Assembly (NCBI GenBank): GCA_024679065.1 | Contig: JAGIQG010000021.1 | Location: forward strand, 29,202,001 to 29,266,000 | Origin: Sphyrna mokarran | Taxonomy: Eukaryota | Reading direction: 5' to 3' | Length of the DNA stretch: 64,000 bases | Shown here: positions 12,548 to 25,524 of the stretch, in pieces | Position numbering within the stretch: the stretch's first letter is position 1 | How the letters are laid out: every line of letters begins with the position of its first letter | Program-made: the position numbers and the translations under genes | Notes under the pieces: generated by a model | Database searches by the model: none | What the model was told of the DNA's origin: nothing | Seen by the model: the letters and a program-made list of their open reading frames with translations, nothing else

Positions 12548-14299
12548 CTGAAATGCAAAGAAAATGTATTCTGCTTTAGAAAGCATGATTAAAGAAACTT
12601 AATTATTTTGTTTTCATTCTATATCATCTCTTCTAAATATTTAGATTTTTGTTCTACAAACACTCCATTTAATTTAAGCATCTTTACATTTAGCCTTTGA
12701 GCACTGAAAGCCTTCTTCATTCTCAAAATACAAAGCTCCTCTAGAACTTTTCCAATAGATACATGCAGACCATACTTGTACAAGGAGGAATGCATTTAAC
12801 CACAGAATATATTTTAATACACACTGTAGAATGTTACCAAAGTCCAAAATTTTAAAAAAACTGCTGCTAGTTTATTGTGGCTTTAGTTGATCAATTCAAA
12901 GGCTAAAACTCTCATTATTACTAATAGGATGTGTGCCATCAGAGAAATGAGGGAAAACATTTTGTCCATCAACAATTTATCAACTTGATAAATGTTGTGA
13001 TGCTATAGTGCTTAAATTCATAACCTTGTTGTACATAATCAGGAAAATTTAAGTTACAATAAGCAAGCCATTTTTGAGATTTATTCAACTTTTCATTATA
13101 AAAGTTCTGAATCAAAATCCTTGTAAAAGATAGATTGGCACATAAGCAAAATATTCCAAAGACAATCAGAAATATTTACGCAGGGCCTATAACAAAGGTA
13201 GCAGGGAAAAGGGAATGAATGCACACATCCAAGTTGTTCACGTCTCTGTGTTCTATCTTCACAGAATTAACTTCGGTCACTCAAATCCAAATAGTCCAAA
13301 ATGCAGATTTTTTTGCACAATGGACAATTTAAATTTTTCTGCTAATTTGTACAAGAAAAGACTGAATTTTTTGCTGCACTGTTTCTTCTGGTAAACCCTG
13401 GGGACAAGCCAGTAAACCCCAAGATATTTCACATAGATACACAAATTTCTGCATTCAAAGACTCCTAAAAAGCTTTATTCACCAATCTCAAAGAGCATTC
13501 TGATAACCATGCAAGACAATGTCTGACAGTAGGGAGTTGGTAACTATATCCACTGAACAGAGCTACCAAAACCACATCTGAAAACACAATGCAATGGATT
13601 TTACACAATCAGGTACCCAACAGAGAGCCTCAGTGCTCACAAGTTATCAGGAATTCTCAGGTGCATTCTTGTGGATGCAAAATTATAGAGAACATACAAG
13701 CCAAATCTCAGATATTTGCTTCTGCGGTTGAAACTACCAGCTGAGATCACAACTTCATAAAATTGGTCCCATCTTCCCTTCATATGCTAGAATTTAGATG
13801 CATTTCAATGCCTTCCTTTCAAAAACCAACAAATTGCTCGTGTTCTCTGCACAACTTAATTCACTGATGGAACATTCTACAAATTTTATCCGTAAGCCTC
13901 AAAATCTAGTTTAGTGTAACTTTAGACCTCAGCCCCACGAGCTATTCAATCTTTAATTGTTTTTGCCTGGAGGTTGTTTCACATTCCTAGATAGAGAGAA
14001 CAAACATGCATATGAAAGAATGACAATATATGCAAAATAAAAAAGAGAATAAAGGCACAAAGGTGCAACAGCTCAAGTGCAAAATCGGAAGGATTAGAAT
14101 TTGAGAAGAGAATGAGGGAGTGAGCCAAAGTCCACAACAAGGAGGAAATGCACAAGTTTAAATGTCCACTGGGAACGTGAGGTTGGAAGGAAAGTGGCAA
14201 AAGCAGGTACAGGGAGAAAAGGGAGAAGGGCTGCTGTATATTTATTTCCCCAAAACAATTTTTTTTTTCTCTTGCCAACAATTGAATAATTTAAGTTAA

Positions 14300-16480
14300 A
14301 CTTCAGACAAAGTAAAAATCAGCCAAAATATCACCTGGCACCTTTGCCATCGTTTTGCATATGGAGCTCAGCTTGCATAAAACAGCACAGGACTTCAAGG
14401 AGAGGGAGAAAATTAGGGGCAGCCCTCCAGTAATTGCCACATTGACTGCAGCGGAGTGTGAGGCACAAGTAATCAGTTGTGGTAGAGATGGGTATCTCCT
14501 TATTATCAAGTGACAGAACAGATATCATAGAGGCATCTGGCACCCAACAATCATCCATGTTAATATGGTTTGTCACCTATAACTGAAATAGGGTTATTTG
14601 CACAATGATTCTTTTGAAGCCTTCCCCTTTGTAAGCTCTTACATTGTCCTGTTTATTCAAGTGTATATAGGAACTGGAGCATGAGGAGGCAGAAGAATCC
14701 TCAAAATTGGTTGAACACTGAGAAAGCATCATCACACGATTCAAGTGCACCTTCCAGCAGTTCATGTGCAAATGCCTTGAACAGCCTCCAAACGCAAGCA
14801 GCTGGTTTGTCCCAAAGTGACCCACACATCACATATCATCAAGGGCCAGGGCTGAAGACTAAAACAATAGTAGTAAAGTATCTGATGGAGCTTGCTGGAT
14901 GTTGTGCTCAGCTGGACAAGAGATACTGAGCCTTGGGGATCATGAGGACTTTTCTGAAAAGTAGAGAGAGGTTCTGCCAGCATTTTCAGAGGCAACTGCA
15001 GGGACTTTCATCACACAAAGCTCCACTTCTGCAGAGTGCTCACCATTGCTTTTGCCTGTCCTCTCTGCTAAGCCGAGCACAGCATACTGCTATTACTATC
15101 ATTTGAGATATCCTTGCTGGAGTACATAGAAGGGTGTCCCAGATAGATCTGGGCACCTGAATTACACTTTCAACAGTGCAACGGCTTGTTCACTAACATG
15201 TGGCTTCTGTACCTTTGCTGTGCGTCAACAATTGGGCTCTGCAGTCAATCCTCAGAGTATCCCTAGTCTTGAAGGATCATTCACTGAATCTGTTTGGAGC
15301 TTGAACTGTAGGAGAACTTTCTAAATGAAAATGAAGGTTTCCAAACATTTTATATAAACATGAATAATTATCTTCTGTAAATTATATACCAGTAGAAAAT
15401 TTTGCTTGACAGCTACTCCCAGTTGATCGGAGGACATGTTGATTACCGCATGACTCCTTAGAATTACAGGAATCCAGCTTTTGTGGCAAGTAGAAGTGGC
15501 CAGTCTGAAGGAAAAGACCCATCAGTTTGCAAAGTGGACATGACAAAGATGGCATCAGTTGCCTGGGAGATGCACTTGTGGCAGTAAATTTGAGAAATCC
15601 CACATCTGGCACTGGCAGATCCCTGGAAGGAGCTAGAGGCAAAGAAATTCAGGACTGTGGTGACCTTGATAGCTACTTGCAAAGCATGCCTGTTTGGTCC
15701 ATTGATTCTAGGAAACTGCAGATGTCAGTAATGATCTACTGAGAAAGTATGAACCTCCTCAGATACTGCTGCTTAGTCACATCCAAAACGCTGATCCTCC
15801 ATCTGTATACCTTGTTTTGGGGGTATCACTCATGAGCTGGAGTTGTGTGTTCATCCATGATGCCATGTGGAGCAACAATTGGCTGAAAAGGCAGGTGCTG
15901 CAACTTCCCCTGTTCTGGTGCTATTTCTCCTGCTGGTCATGGTCCTCATCAGAGGTCCAAGGTAGAGATGTGCAAGTTGCTTCCATGCTGCTGTGATGGC
16001 TAGCAGTTGGGAAGTACAGATTAAAGTTAGAAGAATTTTAAGATAGCAGAAATTTCCACCAAAACACTGAAAGCACAATCTTAGAACAAATCCTATGTGT
16101 AAATGCCTTTCAATTAGGCAAGAAACGTCAATCTTGATTGAACATTTAAAAGATTTTCAGCCTGCCAATTTTACAGCCCCATCAATTTCCCACTGTGCTC
16201 TCATTGTCAACTCTGGCAACTTTCAGACAGTTTGGGAAATCTGGCAGTTGAAGAATGCAGGCTTAAATCTTCAGGCAAATGTATTTCTCTACATTTAACA
16301 TGGCTGTCCCACCTGTTCCATGGGAATTTTCAGCTGATCTTGAAAAACATACCAGTCAAATTAGGAAGATGGCAGGTTCATATCAAGTTGCTGACATGCC
16401 AGCAATTATTTTCTTCTTTAGCCGTACGTGCACTAAAACTTATGTCTCTGTTATTCCCACCGCAGATCTGAATTGCCCCC
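14300..16480. mobile_element. Second, more deleted Harbinger element (boundaries approximate)
   Basis: Contains the transposase N-terminal remnant; GC-richer block; right end ctgaattgcccccc is TIR-like; left TIR not identified. Confidence 0.6.
15464..15990 (-). pseudogene. Harbinger transposase N-terminal remnant
   Basis: SDEDHDQQ; YPQNKVYRWRISVLDVTKQQYLRRF; VAIKVTTVLNFFASSSFQGSASARCGISQIYCHKCISQATDAIF (HARBI1-type HTH region). Confidence 0.8.
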
Positions 16481-17544
16481 CATAATCTCTGCATCAATAG
16501 CCAAATGCACTCAACCATCCAATTCTTCAACAGCCTTGCATTGAATCTACAGCATAGATTCCCAACTGGTAGGTATCAATGTTTATACTTCATATGAGCC
16601 TCTTCCTAATTCTCCCTTCCCAGCTTGTCCTCAAATCTCTCCATTTCTTTATTCCTCATATCGGTATGAATGCTAACGGCTTCAACCAGTCCATGTTACA
16701 GTTAGATCCACATTTTCACCAATTCCTCTGTAGAGAAATTGCTCCTAAAATTTTATTTAATTGGTTACTGGTTATCCTATATTTATGCCTCCTTACTCTG
16801 GACTGGCCTATCACAGGAAACAGCTTCTCTAAATTAACCTAATCAAAACTTCATTATTGCAAAGGACTCTATCACATTCCTTTTTAATTTTCTCCAGCCT
16901 ATTCAATCTTTGTCATTAAGTTAAAATCCTGCATCTAAACCCCTTTCGTTAATGATGCATCAACTTTTTTTTTTTTTAAACAATATTTAACATCTCCAAA
17001 CCTTTTATAATTCTCAAAGCCTCGATGAGATTCTACCAATCTCCAACCTGGAATAGCTAATAAAAATATTCAGATCTATGGAGCTTTTCCTCATTAATAA
17101 ACTCTCAATAGGAAATAACTTTTCACTGTTGTCTTCCACCTTTAACAATTTATCTGAATATCAAAATGTCTGTTTCTCTGCTGTTAGGAGTCTTAACATT
17201 TAAGCTATTCTTGCTTTCACTGTTCTCTCTCTCTGGATTGAATTGCATCTATTGTTGCAATGTGTTTGTATTTACATTTTCTTATTCTCCAGCAAATCAG
17301 ATCTTCACCCTCCTCATCTACGCAAGCTGATATTTATTTAGATTTCTCTTGATTAACCTTGGTTGTCTTTCAATTGTCCCTATTTTTTGGTCCAATAATA
17401 ATTTTTCAAATACTGTCAATGTAGTTAACTAGTCTACATCTGTTAGAAACTAGGTTGAGGTTACCCAAAATGATTTCAAATAGAATTGAGACTTTCAGTG
17501 CAGGATGATTGGCTACATTTGAATCCAGAGGTGAAAAATATAAA

Positions 17545-17898
17545 GGGGCAACATATTGGCTTGTTTACTGCCTCAGAGTGCTCGGCACCCAGGTTCAATT
17601 CCTGCCTTAGATGACTGTGTGTATGGAGTTTGCACATTCTCCCCGTATCTGCTTGGGTTTCCTCTGAGTGCTCCAATTTCCCCTCCAAACAGTCCAAAGA
17701 TTGGCAGATTAGGTGGACTGGCTATGCTAAATCACCCCTCATATTCAAAAATGTGCAAATTAGGGGGATTAGCCATGGTAAATGCACAGGGTCATGGGGA
17801 TAGGGTGGAGAGAAGGTCTGGATGGGATGTTGTTTCAGAGAGTTAGTGCAGACTCACAGAGTTGAATGGCCTCCTTCTGCACTGCAGAAATTCTATGG
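17545..17898 (+). mobile_element. HE1-like/V-SINE (shark tRNA-derived SINE)
   Basis: ctgcctcagagtgc..cccaggttcaattcc head; tggagtttgcacattctcccc core; CR1-like tail gaatggcctccttctgcactg. Confidence 0.85.
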
Positions 17899-19046
17899 TT
17901 TTAATTTTCTTGTTCTGTTCCCTGAATGAGAAAGGCACAGAGGTTTGCAACAATGCAAGGCATTAACCAATCTTGTTCCTGTAAACATTACCCAATGGGC
18001 AGTTATTTTTCAACTTCCAGACCAAGATAGACGGCAGTTATGTGCAAAATAAAAAGTTTTGCAAATCAAAATAGAAGTCCATCAACTTGTATTGTCCTCA
18101 GCCAGGCTGAAGAATGCTCATGGATAGAAAAAAGACCAAAAGGGTCGAATCTGTGCAGCACTTTTAATTAATGGACAAAGTCACCAGTTCAATAATTTTG
18201 GAAAAATAGTTTCAACAAAGTTTCACAAACCAACAGAAAAATGAACATTTTGTATATCAACATATGCCTTTAATATCTACATTGCTTACAAGTAGGAAAT
18301 AGGTCTTCGAATATTAGAACTTAGTGAGTTTATAGATTTTTGCCTTTGGATGCTAATGTCTCAAGATGATCAGATCTGAAAAGAGTAGGTTTCTAACCTT
18401 TGAATGAAAATAAACTTCCTTTCATGCATGTGAGAAATGGTAAAATGATAATTTTATGTGATTAATGAATTGAATAAAAAGGCTGCGTACAAATTTGGTC
18501 ACTATGATTAGTGTCTACAAGTATCTATTTACATTTCTGCTTTGCAAGTACAAACTGGAGGACTTAATTGCACTCACATCAGTTTGTTCTTACTATCTAA
18601 GTTTACATACGTAAAAAGGTCATTTCATGAAGAAACAATAGTCAGGCATCAATCATTCTGGGATAGAAAGGGAAAACTGTTCACACGCATCCAATGGGAG
18701 GAAAGAAATTCTCAAATATGTTTGACAAATGCCAAGGCATTAATGTTAAATTAAATGACAGCAGTAATTTAGAAAAATTGGAATTTTGTGATGCTCTACA
18801 CTGGGCACAAAGTAAGAGGGATATTATTAAATAATTCACAAAAAGGAAAGAGGGATATTGTTAAAGAATTTACAAAAAGTAAAATGTGTATTTGTTGCTG
18901 TACTAAATTCCACCAGGCATTATGAAGGCCCGCTATCTACACAAAGCTGCACACCAATTTTAAAACCACTTTAAGACTGTTACAATCCCACTCATTTTTA
19001 TGAAGAAATTCAGTATGGTCAGCAATGGAAGCAAAAGAATCCCTAC

Positions 19047-19163
19047 CTGCAGTATTAGGTGCAGATGTAGAGCTGCTGAAAGAGCTAGTATAGCCAGAGG
19101 CACTGAAGGACCAGGCACTAGATGAAGGCAGCGTGGCGTTCTGAGATGATGTTGGGGATGACC
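19047..19163 (-). CDS. tnrc6c: TNRC6C coding exon (M2 region)
   Basis: cag|GG SSPTSSQNATLPSSSAWSFSASGYTSSFSSSTSAPNTA G|gtagg; 117 nt. Confidence 0.93.
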
Positions 19164-19779
19164 CTGTATAAACAGCAAAAAAGCAACTAAGGAAATGGAA
19201 AATGACTTAAATTAAATCTTAAAATGATAACATTTGTTGCATTTTGTAATGAAAAGCTTAAGAAAAAAAAAACAAAGGATGAAGGATGATTCTCAATGAT
19301 CAGATATTAAATTCAATTCCATCATTTCCCAGGAATGGAGACTTTTTTAGGATGTTTTGATTTAGCCACATCTCTGTCACGTTTTTGAAACTGCAGAACA
19401 GCTTCATAAAATAATTCATTCTATTTGTCCAAACTGAAAATCTGCCTTGGGCCCTGCTTGCTGACACAGATCTCCATAGATTCAAATTTGTAGAAAATCT
19501 CTTCTTCACTCAACTAAGGAATTACTGACAAGTTTTCATTCTTTGAAATGCTGTACAGACCAAGATAAAAATATGCACGAAAACAAATAGTAAAGGACAA
19601 CTTAAGCCATTACTGTCATATAAATACAAAACTGAGCAACAAAAAGCAGAATGTTACAGAACATAGGAAGTAGTAACACTCCATATAAAGAGACAACAAT
19701 CATACTTCATTATTTTCAGACACCAAGCATTTATGTATTCCAACAACATGGAATGGTATTATCCATATACCATTCCAGG

Positions 19780-20000
19780 TGACTCATCTGCTTTTGAAGA
19801 GGAAAGAAACATTACATTTTATGTTGGGTGGTAGTCCTTTTTAAGAAGCAAGTTCTCTGGGAGATTTAGTGAGAAAGGCAAAGGAAGCATGGGCACCCCA
19901 CTCAGCCATGCTTCCAATCACTGCATGCTCCATATGTGACCAAGACTGTACATTGCGCACCAGATTCCTCAATTACCTGAGAACTTTGTGCATGCATGGA
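19780..20000 (+). mobile_element. RTE-type LINE 3' end remnant
   Basis: CSICDQDCTLRTRFLNYLRT resembles the C-terminal CxxC...SHLRTH of RTE elements. Confidence 0.45.
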
Positions 20001-20113
20001 ACACCCAACAGAACTCATTTCAATTTCTGGGTGCAGGCTAAAATTTTTTATGGCTCTTACAAACTGAACGACTACACTAATAATAAGTCAGAGTTCTGGG
20101 ATAGCCAAGATAA

Positions 20114-20335
20114 GGGGGGCAGGGAGGGAGACAGGACGGGAAGGAAGACAGGACGGGAGGGGTGGGGGGAGGTGGAAGGCGGGAGGGAGGGAGGCAGGGC
20201 AGGAAGGTGGGGGAAGGGAGGCAGGCAGGACAGGAGGGTGGGGAAGGAGGAAGGCAGGGCGCAAGAAAGCGACAAGGATGGGTGGAGAGAGAGAGAGAGA
20301 GAGAAGAAAGAGGAGGGATGGTGGAAGGGGAAGAC
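20114..20335 (+). repeat. Polypurine G/A-rich low-complexity tract
   Basis: Many GGG/GGAG/GGAA runs plus (GA)n; very few pyrimidines over about 220 bp. Confidence 0.9.
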
Positions 20336-20993
20336 ACAGTGAACTTAAGATGCAAAATTCCAGATTTAACGATCAGAACAGTGAAGTTTGGACCAAGGTA
20401 GCTATGCTCAAGGTGCTAGTGATGCCTGTGCTACAACTGTGGGATGACTGGATGAGATTTGGAGATAAAACCTTTCAGCAAAGCTCAAGAAATCTCAACC
20501 TTTACACAAATCTTTAAACCCTATTCGGACAAAGTGGTTAATCTTCCAATTTCTGCAAAGTTTTTGACTTGAACTTTTTTTTTTATAAAGGGTGCAAATC
20601 AATGGATGCAGAAGAAAAAATGAAGTTTTCAAAAATATTAAGCTTCTGTGTTCCTTGTACTTTGAATATCTTCACTGAACTGACTTTTAAAATAGCATAT
20701 TTTGTTGTGGTAAAATTCTTTTGTTTTAAACCATGAACCTTGAAGAAACTTTTATTCCTTCAGCAAATTCCTGGGGTAGAATTTTAGCCTTTAAGGGTAT
20801 GTTTTGAAGGCAGAAATGGAAGTGGTTGCAAATCACATTCCCACTCACAATCAATTGTAACACACATATTGCTCTGCCATTGTGAATCACTGCTGGAGCA
20901 GAACTGCTGGGGTAGGTACCGTGACAACAGCAGCCCACATCACAAGCTTCAAAAGTGGCCTCCATAGGCCACAGAAGAATACTTATGAGAGCT

Positions 20994-21700
20994 ATGGCAG
21001 AAGCAGGGGACCACAGCAGACAGGAGGGAAGTCTGGGCGGCCAACAAATGTCGTTTCTCAGGTGGCAGGTTTGGAGCCTTGGTGGAGGCAGTCAACCAAG
21101 GAGGGATGTTCTGATGTGGAGGAATGGGAGGATGAAGCCACTATACCTCAGCAAGAAGGCTTGTCTGTAGGTAGCAGTGGAGGTCAGTGGCAACAACCTT
21201 GTCTGGAAAATCTAGAACCAGTGCCAGGAAAGGTTCAATGATTTTCTGCAACTCAGCAGGGATGAATCCTGAATGGGCATCGTACTCAATGAGGCAATGA
21301 GGAGGGTGGCCATCTGTGATCGTGTACAGATCTCTTGGATCATACATGTGCATGTGTCTCCTTAGACTGGATATATATATTTTATATATATATATCAATC
21401 AGTTGCCTCTGGTTCAAAGCTTCAGACATTCAGAGGGATGGTAATGTTGTCAAATCTTGGAGGCGTTTTGAGTTTGGGGTGGGAGGACAGTACAGTGTTC
21501 GAGGTGCAAGTTTCAGCTCCCATTGGGGCTCTACATAAATCTGCAGGAGAAATGGAGCAACAATGATGGGAGCAATCCGCTGCTAGCGAGAGGGTGCCAA
21601 ACCTAGTGATCCTCAATAACCACGAGTTGGGAGCCCAGGAGCAGGAGGGTCACATAGAAAGTGTCTTTAAGCTAAGAGCTGGTTGGGCTAAAGCATGAGG
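20994..21700 (+). pseudogene. Harbinger Myb/SANT-like (MSANTD/NAIF1-type) DNA-binding gene remnant
   Basis: Across frameshifts: RFSGGRFGALVEAVNQ / RRDVLM ... KKACL*VAVEVSGNNLVWKI*NQCQERFNDFL, then cag|EKWSNN near 21547. Confidence 0.75.
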
Positions 21701-23099
21701 AAACTCTGCTCCATCAGAACAATCTCATTTATATGCCAGGCATTGAGAAGTCTAGATGCAATGGAGGCCAACTGCGATGTCCAGCATGCATAGAAATGTA
21801 AATCTGTGATATAAGTAATGAATCTTACCCTTTATTCCCATCCCTCAGATGAGCTGTCCAGAGCCAGGGACGAATTCCCCTGTCACATTAGCTTGACACC
21901 TGAGACACTGGGATGTATAAACAGTAGACCAGTTCTCAGCATCAGTGTAGATACATGCATGCAGGTGGCTGCTACCATGTCGGAAGACTTGCTAGGGCAC
22001 AGTGGTAAGGGCACTTCACACTTGTATGGAAGGTAGGGAATGTTTCGGGTGCCAGCGATTCGATCTGCTAGGGACAAGGACAATGCTGTGTCTGAGAGAG
22101 ATGATGAGCCTCTGGAGTTTTCCACAAGGTGGCAAATGCTGGATGTCCAGCCGAAAACACGTGAAGATCTGGTGGAGACTCAAATTGTCTACGTGGTGTG
22201 GTCTCTGTCATGGGGAAGTCCTTGCAAAGCACGAGCACTGTGTTGATCCTGAGCTGAGTGCACAGCCTTATCCATTGAGAGACTGGTGACTCTCAGAGAC
22301 TGCTCCACAAGTTTAACCACGTGCTATTGGCATTGTACTTGTATCTTTAAGCCCTCACACAGACACTGACCCCCTGAGGTCAGTGTCTGTGTGGGAGAAC
22401 AAGAAGCGAACAAGTATCACTCATGTTACCCATTCTTCACTTGTGAGCAGCGAGCTGAGGATTCACCTCAGAATAGTGGATGAGGTAGCCACTGTCTCTG
22501 GGGACCCCTTTCCTCTCTGAGCCCGGGGCAAGGGCACCAGCTCCTCAATCTCTCTGAAAGTCTCCATCTCATCCCAGGAGTCCACAGCGACTGAGGGTTG
22601 CCCGGCCATATCATAGAGCCAACCTTTCCTGGCAATGCTTGCACAGCTTCCACTGAAGAGGGCCACACCAAGGCCATCTCTGTCACCAAGGCAACAAGAA
22701 TAGCTACCTGTCTCTAATGCTACTGTCAGCAAGGGGGTGGTGGTGAAGGCATCTATAAGTAGCACCCAAAAACATAAGCTATTGACACTAAGTACAATCA
22801 GGGGTCCACACACACTTTGAAATGGAGATATTTATGATCTGTGTGGATCCACCTTCTTTTTGCTCACCTCTGAATTTATCACCTTAAATATCACGCTCCA
22901 TTTAAGTCAGGATATGTCCTGTGCTGCATTGGTGTCAGATTAATCATTGCTTGATTAGAGATATCCAAGGTATCAAAATTTATTGGGTGGGATTGCCCCA
23001 CGGAATGGATAAGTGTTAAGTTCTTGGTAAATGCAAAGGCCCACTGACACTGCCAGAAGAAAGAGCATACCAGCTTATCTGAATCAGCACATTCTCCTG

Positions 23100-24031
23100 T
23101 CCCTGCCCGTCTGAGTTCTCACTGCATCCTAGTCACTCTCGTCTTCTGGCTGCTCAACATCAGCATTGGAGCACTCATCTACGTCCATGTCTGAAGCTGG
23201 TAGCACTGCATTATCATCATTATCCTCTTGCTCAAAAAGCTCTTCCCTTGAGACAGCGAGACTATAAGAGCGCAGCAGGCTACCATAGCTCCATCTTCCA
23301 CAGGCCGATAACCCCTTTCACTACCACTCTTGTGGATACATGGCAGTGATTATATCGCTCCTTTGTGTCAGTCCTTAGTCATCTGAAAGGCATCATCAAC
23401 CATCTTTCCAGTTGCTAACCTTTGTCCCAATCAACCAAACGAGCTGGAGTAGCAAAAAGTCTGAGCACCCGCAAGTGACAGTGAACGTACGAACTATGGG
23501 AGCACAGCTACAGAACCTGGAATCCTGTGGTCACATAATCTGACTGTTTGATGAAAGCCGTTTCTGTTCACAAAGGATCCTCACTGGCCAGATGGCACCT
23601 TGATGGCCACGAGTACAACAATCACTCCTTGGATGCAGGGAAACCCAGCATTGGCTATGAAACTTCTCTCCTACTCAGCCAGACTGACCTCACCTGTCCT
23701 AAGATGAATGAATCTGCTCATATGCCTGAACAGTGTGTCAGTGACCAGGTTTGACATAGCTTCACGCAGCTGATTACAGTACTTGACAGAGATCACCCAC
23801 AGCGCCCTAGAAGGATCAAGGCAAAAAGATCTGAGTGCCTTCAGGGCCTTAAGATCTTCCAGATACTCATTATTGTTTCCCTTGAAAGCTGGAGTCTCTT
23901 GTGGCACTGGATCTCTGTCGCATCAAGGCAGTTGGAACACTGCTTGTCCACCTTGGCAGCTGGGTAGTCATGTCTTCTCCTGAGGCAGTCTTCTGATGGC
24001 TTTGATCATCCTCTGCCTGAATGTTTCCCAT
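23100..24031 (-). pseudogene. Harbinger (HARBI1-like) DDE transposase remnant
   Basis: Across frameshifts and stops: YPAAKV...EIQCHKRLQLSRET; GFPCIQGVI..VAIKVP; FVNRNGFH..LCDHR; WLIG/DKG*QLERWLMMP; VACCAL; acidic tail. Confidence 0.85.
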
Positions 24032-25163
24032 GAGGAATGCCTGCAATCACTTTGCCTCATCAGCAGTTGACTAATTGGGCTCACCATACACAAGAGAATG
24101 TCAGAGGGATCCAAATTTCAGGTGCCAGCTAACAGAAATTTCATTGGACCTCCACAGTAACGTGTCCAACAGCAAAACAACACTTGACACACCACAGAAT
24201 AGTACCTCACCTCACTTCACTCCTAAAACACCTAAGTCTCATCTACAGTTGCCAGTAGGAACGTTTTATCCTGAACTTCAATTAAAAAGGATCAATTGCA
24301 AATGGCTCACCTGCCTGCATTACCCATGCAACAAGCTTAAAATAGCACAGGCAAAGTGAAATTTGGATCAATTGGCATTATAACACCCTTCATCACTTCT
24401 CTAATTATTGCAGGATGTGCATCCAATCTGCACCTGTGAAATACTCGGTGAGTGCATGACATCAGTATGTGCTCAACATCATCACCTGCTATTTAACAAA
24501 CTTCAGTTCGGGTGTGCACATGCCTAGCAAAATTCTACTCTTGAATTTTCAGATTTTACAAGAAACATATTATTGCCGAGATCCTTACATCTTAAAAACA
24601 TAACTACAAGCAGTCAACCGGCCTTTGCGTCTGTTTGCCATTAAATGAGAATTTGGATGATATTCTCCTTCAAATCCACTTTCTTATGTTGCACAAGTAA
24701 ATCTATAAATATAGTTAAGTCATCACATGACTAAGGAACTACAATGCTCAGATGTTATACACAGGTTCTAGTTTCTTTGACATATTTGAAAGTTAACAAC
24801 ATCCATATTATACAAATATATATACAGACACACGTAAAAACAGACAGACATGGATGTATTTGCATGCAAATTACTTCAGCATATTGTAGCAAATCTGAAA
24901 AGTGTATTTATAAACTAGGACTAAATTAGTTTTAATTTCCAAACCAGGACTTATAAAATGGTTGAATAAAACAGATACATTTCAAAAGAAAGCTTAAATT
25001 TAAGAAAACCATTTGATATCAGGAATGTTGAGCATTTTAAAGACATCTTTCCGTATAACGTGTCGTAATTTTTCTTTGAGGAAACCAGAAAATAATCAAC
25101 TTGTGCAAAGTATAATTTGCAGAGTCTATTTTGTGTTCTATATTTCAGTCTATTTTGTCTCAC

Positions 25164-25313
25164 CTCCACTCCTGTCCCTGAGCAGGTAGCGATCCACATC
25201 CCGGATAGTAGTATTAATTGAAGGTCCACTGGGGACACTTCCAGGCGTAACATTAGGATCAGTCTCAGGGTCGATGTTCTGTAGTCCTTTCCATGGCTCT
25301 CCAGGACGAAATT
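25164..25313 (-). CDS. tnrc6c: TNRC6C coding exon (PAM2 PABP-binding motif)
   Basis: aag|[52 protein letters not shown]|gtgag; 150 nt; joins to give [16 protein letters not shown]. Confidence 0.95.
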
Positions 25314-25524
25314 CTTCAGTAGTTAGGAAGTAGGTAGTAGAACAGTAAATCACTATTAGCAGTTTAGTAGTCACATGTTAAAATTACTACTTAATTACAG
25401 AGTAGTTTTGTCTAAAGTTTAAAAAATAAGATGCTACACTAATAAAATTGATACCACTAGCTAATATTTTGTGTTTTTATGAATTTGCTTTCATTCCCAT
25501 ATTTCCTGAAAGAATTGGCTCTTT

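Larger units (their letters stand above)
20774..24540. mobile_element. Near full-length decayed PIF/Harbinger DNA transposon
   Basis: TIRs GGGTAGAATTTT (20774-20785) and AAAATTCTACTC (24529-24540), 11/12 match; flanks ctg/ttg resemble a 3-bp TSD; contains convergent Myb/SANT and transposase remnants. Confidence 0.85.

Noticed and set aside
19869-20517. Cluster of overlapping G/R/E-rich and P/L/S-rich ORFs
   Set aside because: Artefact of the stop-poor polypurine tract
23100-24031. Functional domesticated HARBI1 gene nested in the intron
   Set aside because: Multiple stops and frameshifts, damaged catalytic motifs, and TIRs still present
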